Shown one piece after another: positions 23,428-32,000 of a DNA stretch of 32,000 bases. The stretch comes from Candidatus Kuenenia stuttgartensis. GTDB taxonomy: Bacteria; Planctomycetota; Brocadiia; Brocadiales; Brocadiaceae. The stretch spans positions 3,480,001-3,512,000 of the forward strand of contig NZ_LT934425.1 of the NCBI RefSeq assembly GCF_900232105.1, read 5' to 3'. The notes below the pieces were generated by a model, which was given only the letters and a program-made list of their open reading frames with translations, did no database searches and was not told the DNA's origin. Each line of letters opens with the position of its first letter. The first letter of the stretch is position 1. The position numbers and the translations under genes were made by a program.

Positions 23428-24669
23428 TTAATCCACCTTATGGTTTTGTAAGAAGCGTAGTGTCATATAAAGCGCTGTGTTTGCTGAAAAATGTTTGTTG
23501 GAAATCCTTGTGCCGTGAAATTGGCATTTTTTTACTTCGGTAAAATTATCACCTGTAATTGCAATGTAAACCAGTCCGACGGGTTTTTTGTCTGTGCCTC
23601 CGCCTGGCCCTGCAATGCCGGTGATTCCAATGCCGATGCTTGCTTCAGAGACCTTTCTGGCGCCCTTTGCCATTGCTTCCGCCACTTGAGGACTCACTGC
23701 CCCATGCGTTGCAATACATAATTCCGGTACGTGTAAAATAGTTATCTTTGCTTTGTTGCTGTATGCGACGATTCCTTCCGGAAAATAATCGGATATGCCG
23801 GGGATATTGGTAAGTTTGTCAGAGACGAGCCCTCCGGTGCAGGATTCCGCAACCGCGAGAGTTGCATTCTTTTGTTTTAAAAGCTCATACACGGCGTATT
23901 CGAGACTTGTGTCATCCGTTCCAAAAACCGCCTGCCCAAGTGTTTTCCTTAAGGCTGCCTCTGCGGCGTCCAGCTTCTGCAGGGCATCTTCTTTGACAAG
24001 GGACGTAGTGAATGCATTGATAGTAACAATACCGTCATGAACCAACGTCATTATTTTTATTGAATTATTAATAACGCCGGATTCCCCAATGAGTTTGTTT
24101 ATTTCAAATTCAGGCATTCCAAATGTATGAAATTGCCTTGTTGCGATACACGTATCGTCTGTCAAATGCCGCGCTTTATATATTTTCAAATAGGAGTTAA
24201 GCATTTGTCGCATTTCTCCAGGTACGCCGGGGAGGCATACGATATCTGTCTCATTATAGTTAATTGCAAAGCCTGTCGCCGTTCCGTGATCATTGGGAAT
24301 GATAAGGGCGCCGGAGGGGATTGATTTTATTTTTTTTGTGCCTTCGTGCAATGTGTCTGCGCATTGTGGCTTGTTGGTATATGATTCACCGCTGGGTATT
24401 AATGGCATGTTAAAGAGATCTGATACTATTTCGCGTGTGAGGTCGTTTTCTGTTGGGCCGAGGCCGCCGGTTGTGATAATCAGCCGTACCCGGTCTTTGG
24501 CGATATTAAGTGCGGATCTTAATAATTCAGCATCATCGCGGACTGCTGTGGCAAAAAGGACATGAATCCCGTTTTTAGTCAACATTTCCGCAATATACCG
24601 GGTATTCGTCTCGGCTATTTGACCGAGAGCGATTTCCGTGCCTATGGCAATGATTTCCGCAGTAGTCAT
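23428..24669 (-). CDS. cinA: CinA-family competence/damage-inducible protein (MoCF-binding domain plus PncC-like NMN amidohydrolase domain)
   Basis: It has the N-terminus AEIIAIGTEIALGQIAETNTRYIAEML...ITTGGLGPTENDLT and the C-terminal TLAVAESCTGGL. It ends 6 nt before the M48 gene start. Confidence 0.9.
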   Translation of the reverse strand: MTTAEIIAIGTEIALGQIAETNTRYIAEMLTKNGIHVLFATAVRDDAELLRSALNIAKDRVRLIITTGGLGPTENDLTREIVSDLFNMPLIPSGESYTNKPQCADTLHEGTKKIKSIPSGALIIPNDHGTATGFAINYNETDIVCLPGVPGEMRQMLNSYLKIYKARHLTDDTCIATRQFHTFGMPEFEINKLIGESGVINNSIKIMTLVHDGIVTINAFTTSLVKEDALQKLDAAEAALRKTLGQAVFGTDDTSLEYAVYELLKQKNATLAVAESCTGGLVSDKLTNIPGISDYFPEGIVAYSNKAKITILHVPELCIATHGAVSPQVAEAMAKGARKVSEASIGIGITGIAGPGGGTDKKPVGLVYIAITGDNFTEVKKCQFHGTRISNKHFSANTALYMTLRFLQNHKVD

Positions 24670-24912
24670 TTAATGTTGCTTCCTAAAGCTGGCATAGCCA
24701 GTACCAAACAGGTATGAGATAAAAAACACGAAACACGAAGCACGAAATACAAAACGAATTCCAAAATACAAAATCCCAATGAAAAGAACCTGGTATTGAA
24801 CATTTCCCCCTGCTGTTTTGTTTTATTGAAACATTTCTTAAAAATGCATTTTACATGAAAGGATTTATACATACAACTTTAGATTTACGATGTACGATTT
24901 TAAATTCTAAAA

Positions 24913-26745
24913 TCACGTCTTTGCCGCACTGTGAAAATGATTATAAACTTCATTTGCCAGTTTTGCCGGTAATTTGCCTATTTCTGTTAATTGGTTTATT
25001 GTGGCGTTTCGAATGCCTTCAATGCTTCCAAAGCGTTTTATCAGCGCTTTTTTTCTGATAATGCCGATGCCTGGGATTTCATCGAGGGGCGATTTGTAAT
25101 ACTCTTTGTCACGAAGTTTTCTGTGATAGGCAATGGCAAACCGGTGCGCCTCATCACGAATTTTGGCAAGGAATAAGAGGACGGGGGATGAAGACGGAAG
25201 GAGTATCGGATGAGGTATGTGGGGGGCGTGGACTTGTTCCCCCTGCTCTCCCTTAGGAATACCGCTTTTTCCTCTGTCTTTTGATAATGCGAGAAGGTCC
25301 GTATCATTTATTGCGAGTTCTTCAAACACCCTGAGCGCAACGCCCAATTGTCCCTTCCCCCCGTCTACCATAACGAGATCCGGCAAATCTCCCTCTTCGA
25401 CTGCCCTTTTATACCTGCGTAATAATACTTCATGCATCATTGCGTAATCGTCTATCTGGTCTACTGTTTTTATCCTGAAGCGTTTATATTTCGATTTGTC
25501 AGGCATGCCGCATTTGAACGTTACCATTGAACCTACCGCTTGTTTGCCAAAAATGTTGGAGATATCAAAACACTCTATACGTTCCGGCAGGTTTCTCAGT
25601 CCGATAACATCCTTCAGCGCCTGTAATGTGCGTGAATAATTATCGTCCTGCGTCTGCGATACCTTATAGGCATTCATCGCATTTTTTTGCGCCATTTCAA
25701 TAAGACGTAATTTATCACCGCGTTTCGGGCAAAACACGGAAACCTTTTTCCCCTTTCTTTCGGTAAGCCACTCTTCCAGCAAAACAGCATCCGGGGAATT
25801 AACCGGTATGATAACTTCAGAAGGGATAAATCGGGTCTGACTATAAAATTGATTTAAAAATGAACGAAATACCTCTTCGATTGTAGTATGGTTTATTGAT
25901 AAACGATAGGAAGCGATGTCTTCCATATTGCCTGAGCGGATAAACATTACTTCAATATATACATCATTATCTGTAAGGTAATAACCAAAGACGTCCCGGT
26001 CGATAAAGGTAAGGGAATTGATCCTCTGCTTCTCAACGGTTTGTTCGATGGACTGTATCTGGTCGCGCAGTTTTGCCGCCTTTTCATATCGCAACTGTTT
26101 CGACTCTTCGTACATTTGTTTCCGGAGAATGCTGATAAGGTCTTCCTGTTTGCCTTTTAAGAGAAGGATTACCTGGTCTATCAATGTCTTGTAACCTGCA
26201 CGGTCTATCAGTCCGCAGCAAGGCCCGAGGCACTTATGAATCTGATAATAAAGACACGGCTTTGTCCTGCTTTTGAACGCATTATCCCGGCATTTTCTGA
26301 CAGGGATTGTGTCATTAATGTACCGTAGTGTTTCTCTGACAGCCCTGGCGGAGGCATAGGGGCCAAAGTACATTGCGCCGTCATCTTCCTTCTGGCGAAC
26401 GACTTTCGGATACGGAAAATCTTTGTTGGTTTCCAGTTTGATGCAGAGGAAGTTTTTGTCGTCACGTAAATTGATATTAAATTTGGGTTTGAATTGTTTT
26501 ATAAAATTATTTTCAAGGATAAGGGCTTCTTTTTCAGTCTCCGTAAGCACGAAGTCAATATCAACCACGTGCTTTATTAGATATTCCGTGTAAAGTCTGT
26601 CCCCGGTTCCTTTCTGGAAGTAGCTTCTAACGCGGTTTTTGAGATTCTTTGCCTTGCCAACGTAGATTACCTTATGTTTAGCATCTTTCATAAGATAAAC
26701 GCCGGGAGACACAGGCACGTTTTTTAATTTAAGTGACAAGCTCAT
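24913..26745 (-). CDS. uvrC: excinuclease ABC subunit C
   Basis: It has the GIY-YIG N-terminus (PGVYLMKDAKHKVIYVGKAKNLKNRVRSYF), a UVR domain (KAAKLRDQIQSIE) and the C-terminal (HhH)2 motif IPGIGIIRKKALIKRFGSIEGI. Confidence 0.95.
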   Translation of the reverse strand: MSLSLKLKNVPVSPGVYLMKDAKHKVIYVGKAKNLKNRVRSYFQKGTGDRLYTEYLIKHVVDIDFVLTETEKEALILENNFIKQFKPKFNINLRDDKNFLCIKLETNKDFPYPKVVRQKEDDGAMYFGPYASARAVRETLRYINDTIPVRKCRDNAFKSRTKPCLYYQIHKCLGPCCGLIDRAGYKTLIDQVILLLKGKQEDLISILRKQMYEESKQLRYEKAAKLRDQIQSIEQTVEKQRINSLTFIDRDVFGYYLTDNDVYIEVMFIRSGNMEDIASYRLSINHTTIEEVFRSFLNQFYSQTRFIPSEVIIPVNSPDAVLLEEWLTERKGKKVSVFCPKRGDKLRLIEMAQKNAMNAYKVSQTQDDNYSRTLQALKDVIGLRNLPERIECFDISNIFGKQAVGSMVTFKCGMPDKSKYKRFRIKTVDQIDDYAMMHEVLLRRYKRAVEEGDLPDLVMVDGGKGQLGVALRVFEELAINDTDLLALSKDRGKSGIPKGEQGEQVHAPHIPHPILLPSSSPVLLFLAKIRDEAHRFAIAYHRKLRDKEYYKSPLDEIPGIGIIRKKALIKRFGSIEGIRNATINQLTEIGKLPAKLANEVYNHFHSAAKT

Positions 26746-26761
26746 ATCATATAGTTAAAAA

Positions 26762-26932
26762 AATCGTAACACTTTAGTCTTTTGAAACTGGAAATACTCA
26801 TTTGTAGTGCGACGGGGGTTAGTCGCACCAAAAAAAGTAGTGTGATAAGGAATAGGGTCTACTCAAAACAATGCGACGAACCTCGTCGCACTACATTGTT
26901 GGAATTTTTCAAAATACTAAATTGTTACAAAA
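26762..26932. mobile_element. MITE-like element, family B, copy 2 (about 170 bp)
   Basis: The termini are CGTAACACTTTAGTCTTTTGAAA and TTTCAAAATACTAAATTGTTAC. The interior has the GTAG-headed hairpins GTAGTGCGACGGGGGTTAGTCGCAC (26804-26828) and GCGACGAACCTCGTCGCACTAC (26873-26894). It starts about 20 nt upstream of the uvrC start codon. Confidence 0.6.
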
Positions 26933-26996
26933 AATCTGATTTTAGAAATGTAGGAGCGAAGCATTTGCCTGCGCTATACTTTTAACTTCTCAAACA

Positions 26997-27046
26997 GTCC
27001 GCAGTCCACAGTCTGCAATTTGCCGACTGCCGACTCTACAGTCTTC
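26997..27046. repeat. short repeat 'C' copy 2 (extended)
   Basis: GTCCGCAGTCCACAGTCTGCAATTTGCCGACTGCCGACTCTACAGTC contains the same 22-nt core as 18666-18687. Confidence 0.55.
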
Positions 27047-27142
27047 CCCCCATTAATAAAAGGGGCAAGGGGGGTGTTTACCTCAATTAATTGAGAAGTT
27101 ACCTATACTTTATATCAGCGGCAATGCGTTTTGTAAATATCT

Positions 27143-27171
27143 TTGACAATTAACAACATCGATGCTATATT
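27143..27171 (+). promoter_or_regulatory. near-consensus sigma70-type promoter (TTGACA-17-TATATT)
   Basis: TTGACA lies at 27143-27148 and TATATT at 27166-27171, with a 17-nt spacer. It sits 185 nt upstream of the murQ ATG. Confidence 0.4.
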
Positions 27172-27356
27172 TCAAAAACCATGTTGCAGAATACCCGAAT
27201 TAACCAGCACAGGCATAGTTATGATAAGCATTCAGCATCTGAATGAAAACCATTTCCCGCGCGTACAGGCATTTCCTTCCGCCTTCACCGGAACGTAGAT
27301 AACTCCTTCTGTATTTTATATTGATAAATTTTTTACGGATAACAGGTAAGGATACT

Positions 27357-28262
27357 ATGAATACAAATGATCGCTCACAATTACTGACAGAACAGCGAAA
27401 TCCAAATTCAACCGATATCGACAAAAAATCCACATTGGAAATTCTGGACATAATTAACGCAGAGGACGCAAAAGTATTTGCCGCAGTGTATAAGGAGCGT
27501 GAAAATATTGCAAAGGCAGTAGACCTGATAGTAGACGTCTTTATGAATAATAAAGGGCGTTTATTTTATATTGGTTCCGGCACCAGCGGCAGGCTTGGCA
27601 TATTGGACGCTTCCGAGTGTCCACCAACGTTTAGTACGGATCCCAATATGATTACAGGGATCATTGCCGGCGGAGAAAAGGCGGTATTTCAATCAGTGGA
27701 AGGGGCGGAAGATTTCCCGGAAAACGGGGCGAGGGATATCCAGCAAAGAGAGGTGAACCACCGTGATATTGTTGTGGGTATTTCTACCGGCGGTACGACG
27801 CCCTATGTTACGGGTGCACTGTTTGAGGCAAAAAAGCGAAATGCGAAAACGGTGTTTATCTGTTGTAATCCTGAGATAATGCCAAGTTTTGATATCGACG
27901 TTATTATCAGGCCGATTGTGGGTCAGGAGGTAATAACGGGTTCTACCCGCATGAAGGCCGGTACTGCGACAAAGCTTGTGTTAAATATGTTAACAACCAC
28001 TGCAATGATTAAAATTGGTAAGGTTTACGAAAATCTTATGGTAGATTTGAAGGCAATGAACGCAAAACTTACCGACCGTGCCGAGCGTATTATTATGACA
28101 TGTACAGGCATCGGGCGTGAAGATGCTAAAAAGCTGCTGCAGGCGGCGTTTGGCAATGTAAAAGCTGCCATAGTTATGCAGAAACTGGGGATTGATTTTT
28201 CGGAGGCGAAAAAACGCCTTGACGCAAACAACGGTTTTGTAAGGGCAGTTTTGAAAGAATAA
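27357..28262 (+). CDS. murQ: N-acetylmuramic acid 6-phosphate etherase
   Basis: It has LLTEQRNPNSTDIDKKSTLEILDIINAED and a SIS domain (GSGTSGRLG...GISTGGTTPYV), then LKAMNAKLTDRAERI. I prefer the ATG at 27357 (AAGGA upstream) over the track's TTG at 27321. Confidence 0.9.
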   Translation: MNTNDRSQLLTEQRNPNSTDIDKKSTLEILDIINAEDAKVFAAVYKERENIAKAVDLIVDVFMNNKGRLFYIGSGTSGRLGILDASECPPTFSTDPNMITGIIAGGEKAVFQSVEGAEDFPENGARDIQQREVNHRDIVVGISTGGTTPYVTGALFEAKKRNAKTVFICCNPEIMPSFDIDVIIRPIVGQEVITGSTRMKAGTATKLVLNMLTTTAMIKIGKVYENLMVDLKAMNAKLTDRAERIIMTCTGIGREDAKKLLQAAFGNVKAAIVMQKLGIDFSEAKKRLDANNGFVRAVLKE

Positions 28263-28379
28263 GCCCATTTCCTCTATTCGGGTGGTTCAGACATCTTGGC
28301 TGTACGTACAGACAGGACTCTGCACCACCGGAATGGAGAGCGAAGCGCCTCTTCGTCAATCTAAATAATGCTTCGGCAG

Positions 28380-28412
28380 GTAGGGTGGATTAAGCGACAG
28401 CGAATCCACCAT
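28380..28412. repeat. REP-like hairpin with a GTAG head
   Basis: In GTAGGGTGGATTAAGCGACAGCGAATCCACCAT the stem GGTGGATT/AATCCACC has an 11-nt loop. Confidence 0.65.
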
Positions 28413-28626
28413 TTCATCTGTCAAAAGCGCCACATCTTGTTCAGTGATTTCAAAAAGGGTTTAATTACAAATCCAGATGTAACCTCCGGCGGGGTCAGGT
28501 TATAAATTTGACGTTTGGGAATTTCAATGTTTTTGTAGAGACACATTGCATGCGTCTGGAAACTGCTGGATGTAAAGCTGTTTTGTTTTTACACCGTGTC
28601 CCATTCACTCAGTCTTCATCATTCAC

Positions 28627-29157
28627 ATGAAAAACAAGAGAGATTGCATTAGATGGATTGTCGCCACATGGTTTGGTTCCGGGCTTCTCCCGAAGGCGCC
28701 AGGCACATGGGGCAGCCTGGCGGCAATTCCCTTTGCGTATATGATTTCCGTATATACCGTTCCCTATGTATTTATCTCAGCAACTGTCGCCTTGTTTCTG
28801 TTTGGCATAGGGGTATCAAACAGCATTGAAAAAAGCGCCCGGAAGAAAGATCCGGGGTTCATTGTTGTTGATGAGGTCGTAGGCCAATGGATAGCCCTGT
28901 TCCCATTGCCTTTTCTCTATAAATGCACCAACCAATATTCCTTCCCCTACTTTTTGATTTCCCTGATAGCAACAGCATTTATTGCCTTCCGTATTTTTGA
29001 TATATGGAAGCCATGGCCCATTAGACATTTAGAACAGAGCATTCCCGGAGGCCTGGGGATTATGCTCGACGATGTTATTGCCGGTTTCTACGCCCTCATA
29101 ATAACCTCCGCATTCACAGCAGGAATACTGTTCATTCGAAACACTTTGGTTTTTTGA
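28627..29157 (+). CDS. pgpA: phosphatidylglycerophosphatase A
   Basis: WFGSGLLPKAPGTWGSLAAIPF, VVDEVVGQW and FRIFDIWKPWPI are canonical PgpA motifs. Confidence 0.88.
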   Translation: MKNKRDCIRWIVATWFGSGLLPKAPGTWGSLAAIPFAYMISVYTVPYVFISATVALFLFGIGVSNSIEKSARKKDPGFIVVDEVVGQWIALFPLPFLYKCTNQYSFPYFLISLIATAFIAFRIFDIWKPWPIRHLEQSIPGGLGIMLDDVIAGFYALIITSAFTAGILFIRNTLVF

Positions 29158-29165
29158 GAAAATAT

Positions 29166-29233
29166 GGGCGAAGCATTTGCTGTAAATAGTCATAAATGCT
29201 TCATACGCAAACGGGCAAATGCTTCGCCCCTAC
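29166..29233. repeat. inverted-repeat pair GGGCGAAGCATTTGC ... GCAAATGCTTCGCCCCTAC
   Basis: The 15-nt arms lie at 29166-29180 and 29215-29229. The right arm ends in CTAC, which is a GTAG head on the other strand. A related single copy GTAGGAGCGAAGCATTTGCCTG lies at 26950-26971. Confidence 0.65.
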
Positions 29234-29335
29234 TTCCTTTTTGTAAAAATTATTGTAACTATTCAACGTAAAACATTCCACGGCTCCAGGCGGGTTTGTA
29301 ACCTGAACCCGCGAATGTATTTTCCAGCGCCAGTG

Positions 29336-29424
29336 CGTGCCCAAGTAGCGGCAATGCATGCATTGCCGCTACTTGGGCACAAGAACGAAAAATGCATGTA
29401 GTGCGACGAGGTTCGTCGCACTAC
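29336..29424. repeat. two adjacent perfect REP-like hairpins with GTAG heads
   Basis: GTGCCCAAGTAGCGGCAATGC-AT-GCATTGCCGCTACTTGGGCAC (29336-29380) has perfect 21-nt arms. GTAGTGCGACGAGGTTCGTCGCACTAC (29398-29424) follows, and it is the same family as the hairpins in MITE-B copy 2. Confidence 0.75.
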
Positions 29425-29568
29425 AAATGACAATTTCCAGTCAATTTTTATAGGACTATGAGCAGGGCAACCCTTTAGGGTTACTATTCCGTACAAAGAC
29501 TCCTCACTAATCGTTCGGGAGGACAGATTGCCGTTAAACGGCATAGATGATTTAAATCAAAGACTATT

Positions 29569-32000
29569 ATGAAAAATTTTATTACTAACCATAACACCGC
29601 AAACCTTAAAAAACGCTTAATCGAATTAATCCGGAAAAGCGATGAACTGAAATTCCTGGTGGGCTTTTTCTATTTTTCAGGAATCAGAGAACTTTACGAA
29701 GGGCTGAAGGAAAAGCCCGATGTGAAGCTTAAGATTTTAGTGGGGTTGCAGGTTGACAAGACAAATAATGGTATTTTTGAGTTTGCAGGACAGGACCTCC
29801 AATTATCCGATGAAGAAAGATGCCATAAATTTCTGGAATCAGTAAAAAAATCTATCAATACAGAGGATTTTGATACAGAAGAATTTTACCAACAGGTGCG
29901 GTATTTTATTAAGCTTATCAGTGAAAACAAACTCACCATTCGAAAGACGTACAATCCAAATCATGCCAAGATTTATCTGTTCAAATTAGAAGAAGGGCAG
30001 GTGGGCAGGAAAAATTTATTTATCACCGGCAGTAGCAACCTGACAAAGGCGGGCATTACTACACAGGAAGAGTTTAATGTCGAGATAAGCGATTTTGGTT
30101 TTGATGATGCAGAGGCATATTTCGACAACTTATGGGACGAGGCGGTAAAAATAACCGAAGATGATGTTATTAAAAAGAGATTAATAGACATCATTGAAAA
30201 TGAGACCCTTGTTAAAGACATTACCCCATTTGAAGCCTTTGTTCTGGTCTTAAAAACATACCTTGATTCGTTTGAGCAGAAAGAAGTCAGCCAATCGCTT
30301 GTTAACACATTGGAAGAAAACGGCTACACCCCCTATAAATATCAGTTGGATGCGGTAAAACAAGCCCTTGCAATCATTGAAAATAATAACGGCGTAATCA
30401 TTGCGGATGTTGTCGGTTTGGGCAAGACGGTCATTGCCTGTGCAGTCGCAAGAGAACTGAAAAGGCGCGGCGTTGTTATTTGTCCTCCGGGTCTTGTTGG
30501 GGACAGAAACAAAAACTCCGGCTGGAGAAAATATACGGAAGATTTTGGCCTTTACGATTGGGAAGTACGGTCGTTGGGCGATTTGGAAAATATTGCAGAT
30601 TTTGTAAGCAGGGCAAAAGATATTGATGTGGTGATCGTGGATGAAGCCCATCGTTTCAGAAACCAGGATACACAGGATTACGAGTATCTGAAAAACATCT
30701 GCCGCAATAAGATTGTTATTTTACTCACCGCTACACCCTTTAATAACAGGCCGGGTGATATTTTGTCCTTGCTAAAGCTATTCATAACACCAAAGAAATC
30801 GTCAATAACATTGGAAAATAACCTTGTCGGTAAATTCGCTGAGTTCAAAGGCGTTTTCGACAGGCTTGCTTACATCAAAAAATACCGGATCTCGTCAAAT
30901 GAAGCTAAAAGAAAAAAAACAGAAAATTATTATACAGCGCTTTTTGGCGAATTGCCGGTCAATTTAACAAAAATAAAAAAACGTTCGCACTATCTTGCAA
31001 GACAAATCAGGGATGTAATAGAACCCGTTACCATCCGCCGTAATCGCCTTGATCTGCAGAAAAACCCTTATTACAAAGATGAGGTCAAAAATCTGTCCAT
31101 AATCGAAGACCCGAAAGAATGGTTTTTTGAATTGACCAAAGAACAGTCGGCATTTTACGACCGGATCATTCGTGATTATTTCGGCGACCCGGACGAGGGT
31201 GGGCGATTCAATGGCGCAATCTATCGCCCCTTTGAATACAAAACCCAACTTGATAAAATCGTCGGGGAGAAATTAACGGAAAAGGAAAATTTTCAATATA
31301 TCCAGCAGCGCAACTTGTACGACTTTATGCGGCGCTTGCTGGTGAAACGCTTTGAAAGTTCGTTTGGGTCTTTCAGACAGAGTATTGAGAATTTCAGGAA
31401 GATTACAGAGAATATCTCAAGGTTTATTGAGAAAACAAACAGGTATATCCTTGACCGTACTCTTTTTGAGAAAATATATGACCTTGATATGGAACAAATC
31501 GAGGAGTATTTAAAGGATTACTCTGAGCGGATAAGAAAGGGAGATTATCCCAAAAATCATGAAGTTTACGAGGTCAGTAAATTTACATATAAAGACGACT
31601 TCCTTGCCCACATAAAAGCCGATTTAGTCCTCTTTGACAGTATTCTGCAGGAATTATCAGGATTAAATTTGGTGGATAACGATCCAAAAGCAAATTGCCT
31701 GTTGAAGAACATCAATGACGTTTTAAATAAAAGACCAAACAAAGGCGAACCAAGACGAAAGGTAATCATCTTTTCCGAATATCTGGATACTGTGAAATAT
31801 CTTGAGCCTATACTTGAAAAACACTTTGGGGAAAGACTTTTAGTAGTGGCGGGGGATTTGTCGGCGCACAAAATATCCCTGATCAATAAAAACTTTGACG
31901 CCTCTTATTCTACATTAATAAAGGGGGATGAAGGGGGTTGTCCTGATCAGGAAGAGGCATACGACATTCTGCTTGCTACAGACAGGATTTCCGAGGGCTT
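29569..32000 (+). CDS. PLD-family (HKD) nuclease domain fused to an SNF2/DEAH-box helicase; 3' end lies outside the window
   Basis: This gene is absent from the ORF track because it has no stop in the window. Hand translation from the ATG at 29569 stays open for 810 codons. The PLD motif is NPNHAKIYLF...ITGSSNLTKAG (around nt 29960-30060). Helicase motif I is ADVVGLGKTVIA (around 30403), motif II is VIVDEAHRFRN (around 30631) and motif III is LLTATPFNN (around 30721). ILLATDRISEG lies at the window edge. Confidence 0.85.
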   Translation, partial: MKNFITNHNTANLKKRLIELIRKSDELKFLVGFFYFSGIRELYEGLKEKPDVKLKILVGLQVDKTNNGIFEFAGQDLQLSDEERCHKFLESVKKSINTEDFDTEEFYQQVRYFIKLISENKLTIRKTYNPNHAKIYLFKLEEGQVGRKNLFITGSSNLTKAGITTQEEFNVEISDFGFDDAEAYFDNLWDEAVKITEDDVIKKRLIDIIENETLVKDITPFEAFVLVLKTYLDSFEQKEVSQSLVNTLEENGYTPYKYQLDAVKQALAIIENNNGVIIADVVGLGKTVIACAVARELKRRGVVICPPGLVGDRNKNSGWRKYTEDFGLYDWEVRSLGDLENIADFVSRAKDIDVVIVDEAHRFRNQDTQDYEYLKNICRNKIVILLTATPFNNRPGDILSLLKLFITPKKSSITLENNLVGKFAEFKGVFDRLAYIKKYRISSNEAKRKKTENYYTALFGELPVNLTKIKKRSHYLARQIRDVIEPVTIRRNRLDLQKNPYYKDEVKNLSIIEDPKEWFFELTKEQSAFYDRIIRDYFGDPDEGGRFNGAIYRPFEYKTQLDKIVGEKLTEKENFQYIQQRNLYDFMRRLLVKRFESSFGSFRQSIENFRKITENISRFIEKTNRYILDRTLFEKIYDLDMEQIEEYLKDYSERIRKGDYPKNHEVYEVSKFTYKDDFLAHIKADLVLFDSILQELSGLNLVDNDPKANCLLKNINDVLNKRPNKGEPRRKVIIFSEYLDTVKYLEPILEKHFGERLLVVAGDLSAHKISLINKNFDASYSTLIKGDEGGCPDQEEAYDILLATDRISEG

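Noticed and set aside
24666-24872. Small ORFs in repeat-rich spacers: 68 aa here, 26782-26985 and 27200-27451.
   Set aside because: They overlap MITE or repeat sequence or promoter regions, lack an RBS, and have odd composition. They are likely spurious.
31905-31945. An in-frame segment CATTAATAAAGGGGGATGAAGGGGGTTGT inside the helicase CDS resembles the intergenic motif at 27051-27078, hinting at a repeat inserted in a coding linker.
   Set aside because: The similarity is short (a 10-mer plus G-runs), the left C-run arm is missing, and SNF2 proteins have variable linkers here. I cannot distinguish this from chance without homologue alignments.

Overview
Bacterial chromosomal window, roughly 40% G+C by eye. 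The gene content and repeat style remind me of a planctomycete or anammox-type genome, but I cannot verify that here. Housekeeping genes: an M28/PDZ peptidase (5' partial), glgC, a class-I glutamine amidotransferase, guaB, cca, murQ and pgpA. A long minus-strand block carries uvrC, cinA, an M48 protease, a tightly coupled 4-gene ABC/polytopic-membrane/TRASH-like operon, a PilZ protein and a small secreted protein. Between guaB and cca lies a mosaic accessory region of about 9.9 kb (5773-15683). It holds two copies of a decayed Y1 (COG1943/RAYT-like) transposase remnant and an acyltransferase. It also holds two integron attC-like sites bracketing a ParE/RelE-type TA pair whose toxin has a nonsense codon, plus a frameshifted RAYT-like gene with 25-bp inverted repeats and an intact higBA pair. 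A 348-bp duplicate of the cca 5' end follows, then a GNAT gene, an intact IS1380-family IS with a target duplication, and a compositionally foreign G+C-rich Cu-type P1B ATPase. The window ends in a 3'-truncated PLD(HKD)-SNF2 helicase fusion that is absent from the supplied ORF track because it has no stop in the window. Nearly every intergenic region carries small structured repeats: two MITE-like families (one with clear 9-bp target duplications) and many hairpins that begin with GTAG, as REP elements do. I saw no rRNA, tRNA or CRISPR array. All homology calls rest on motif recognition by eye, with no database searches.
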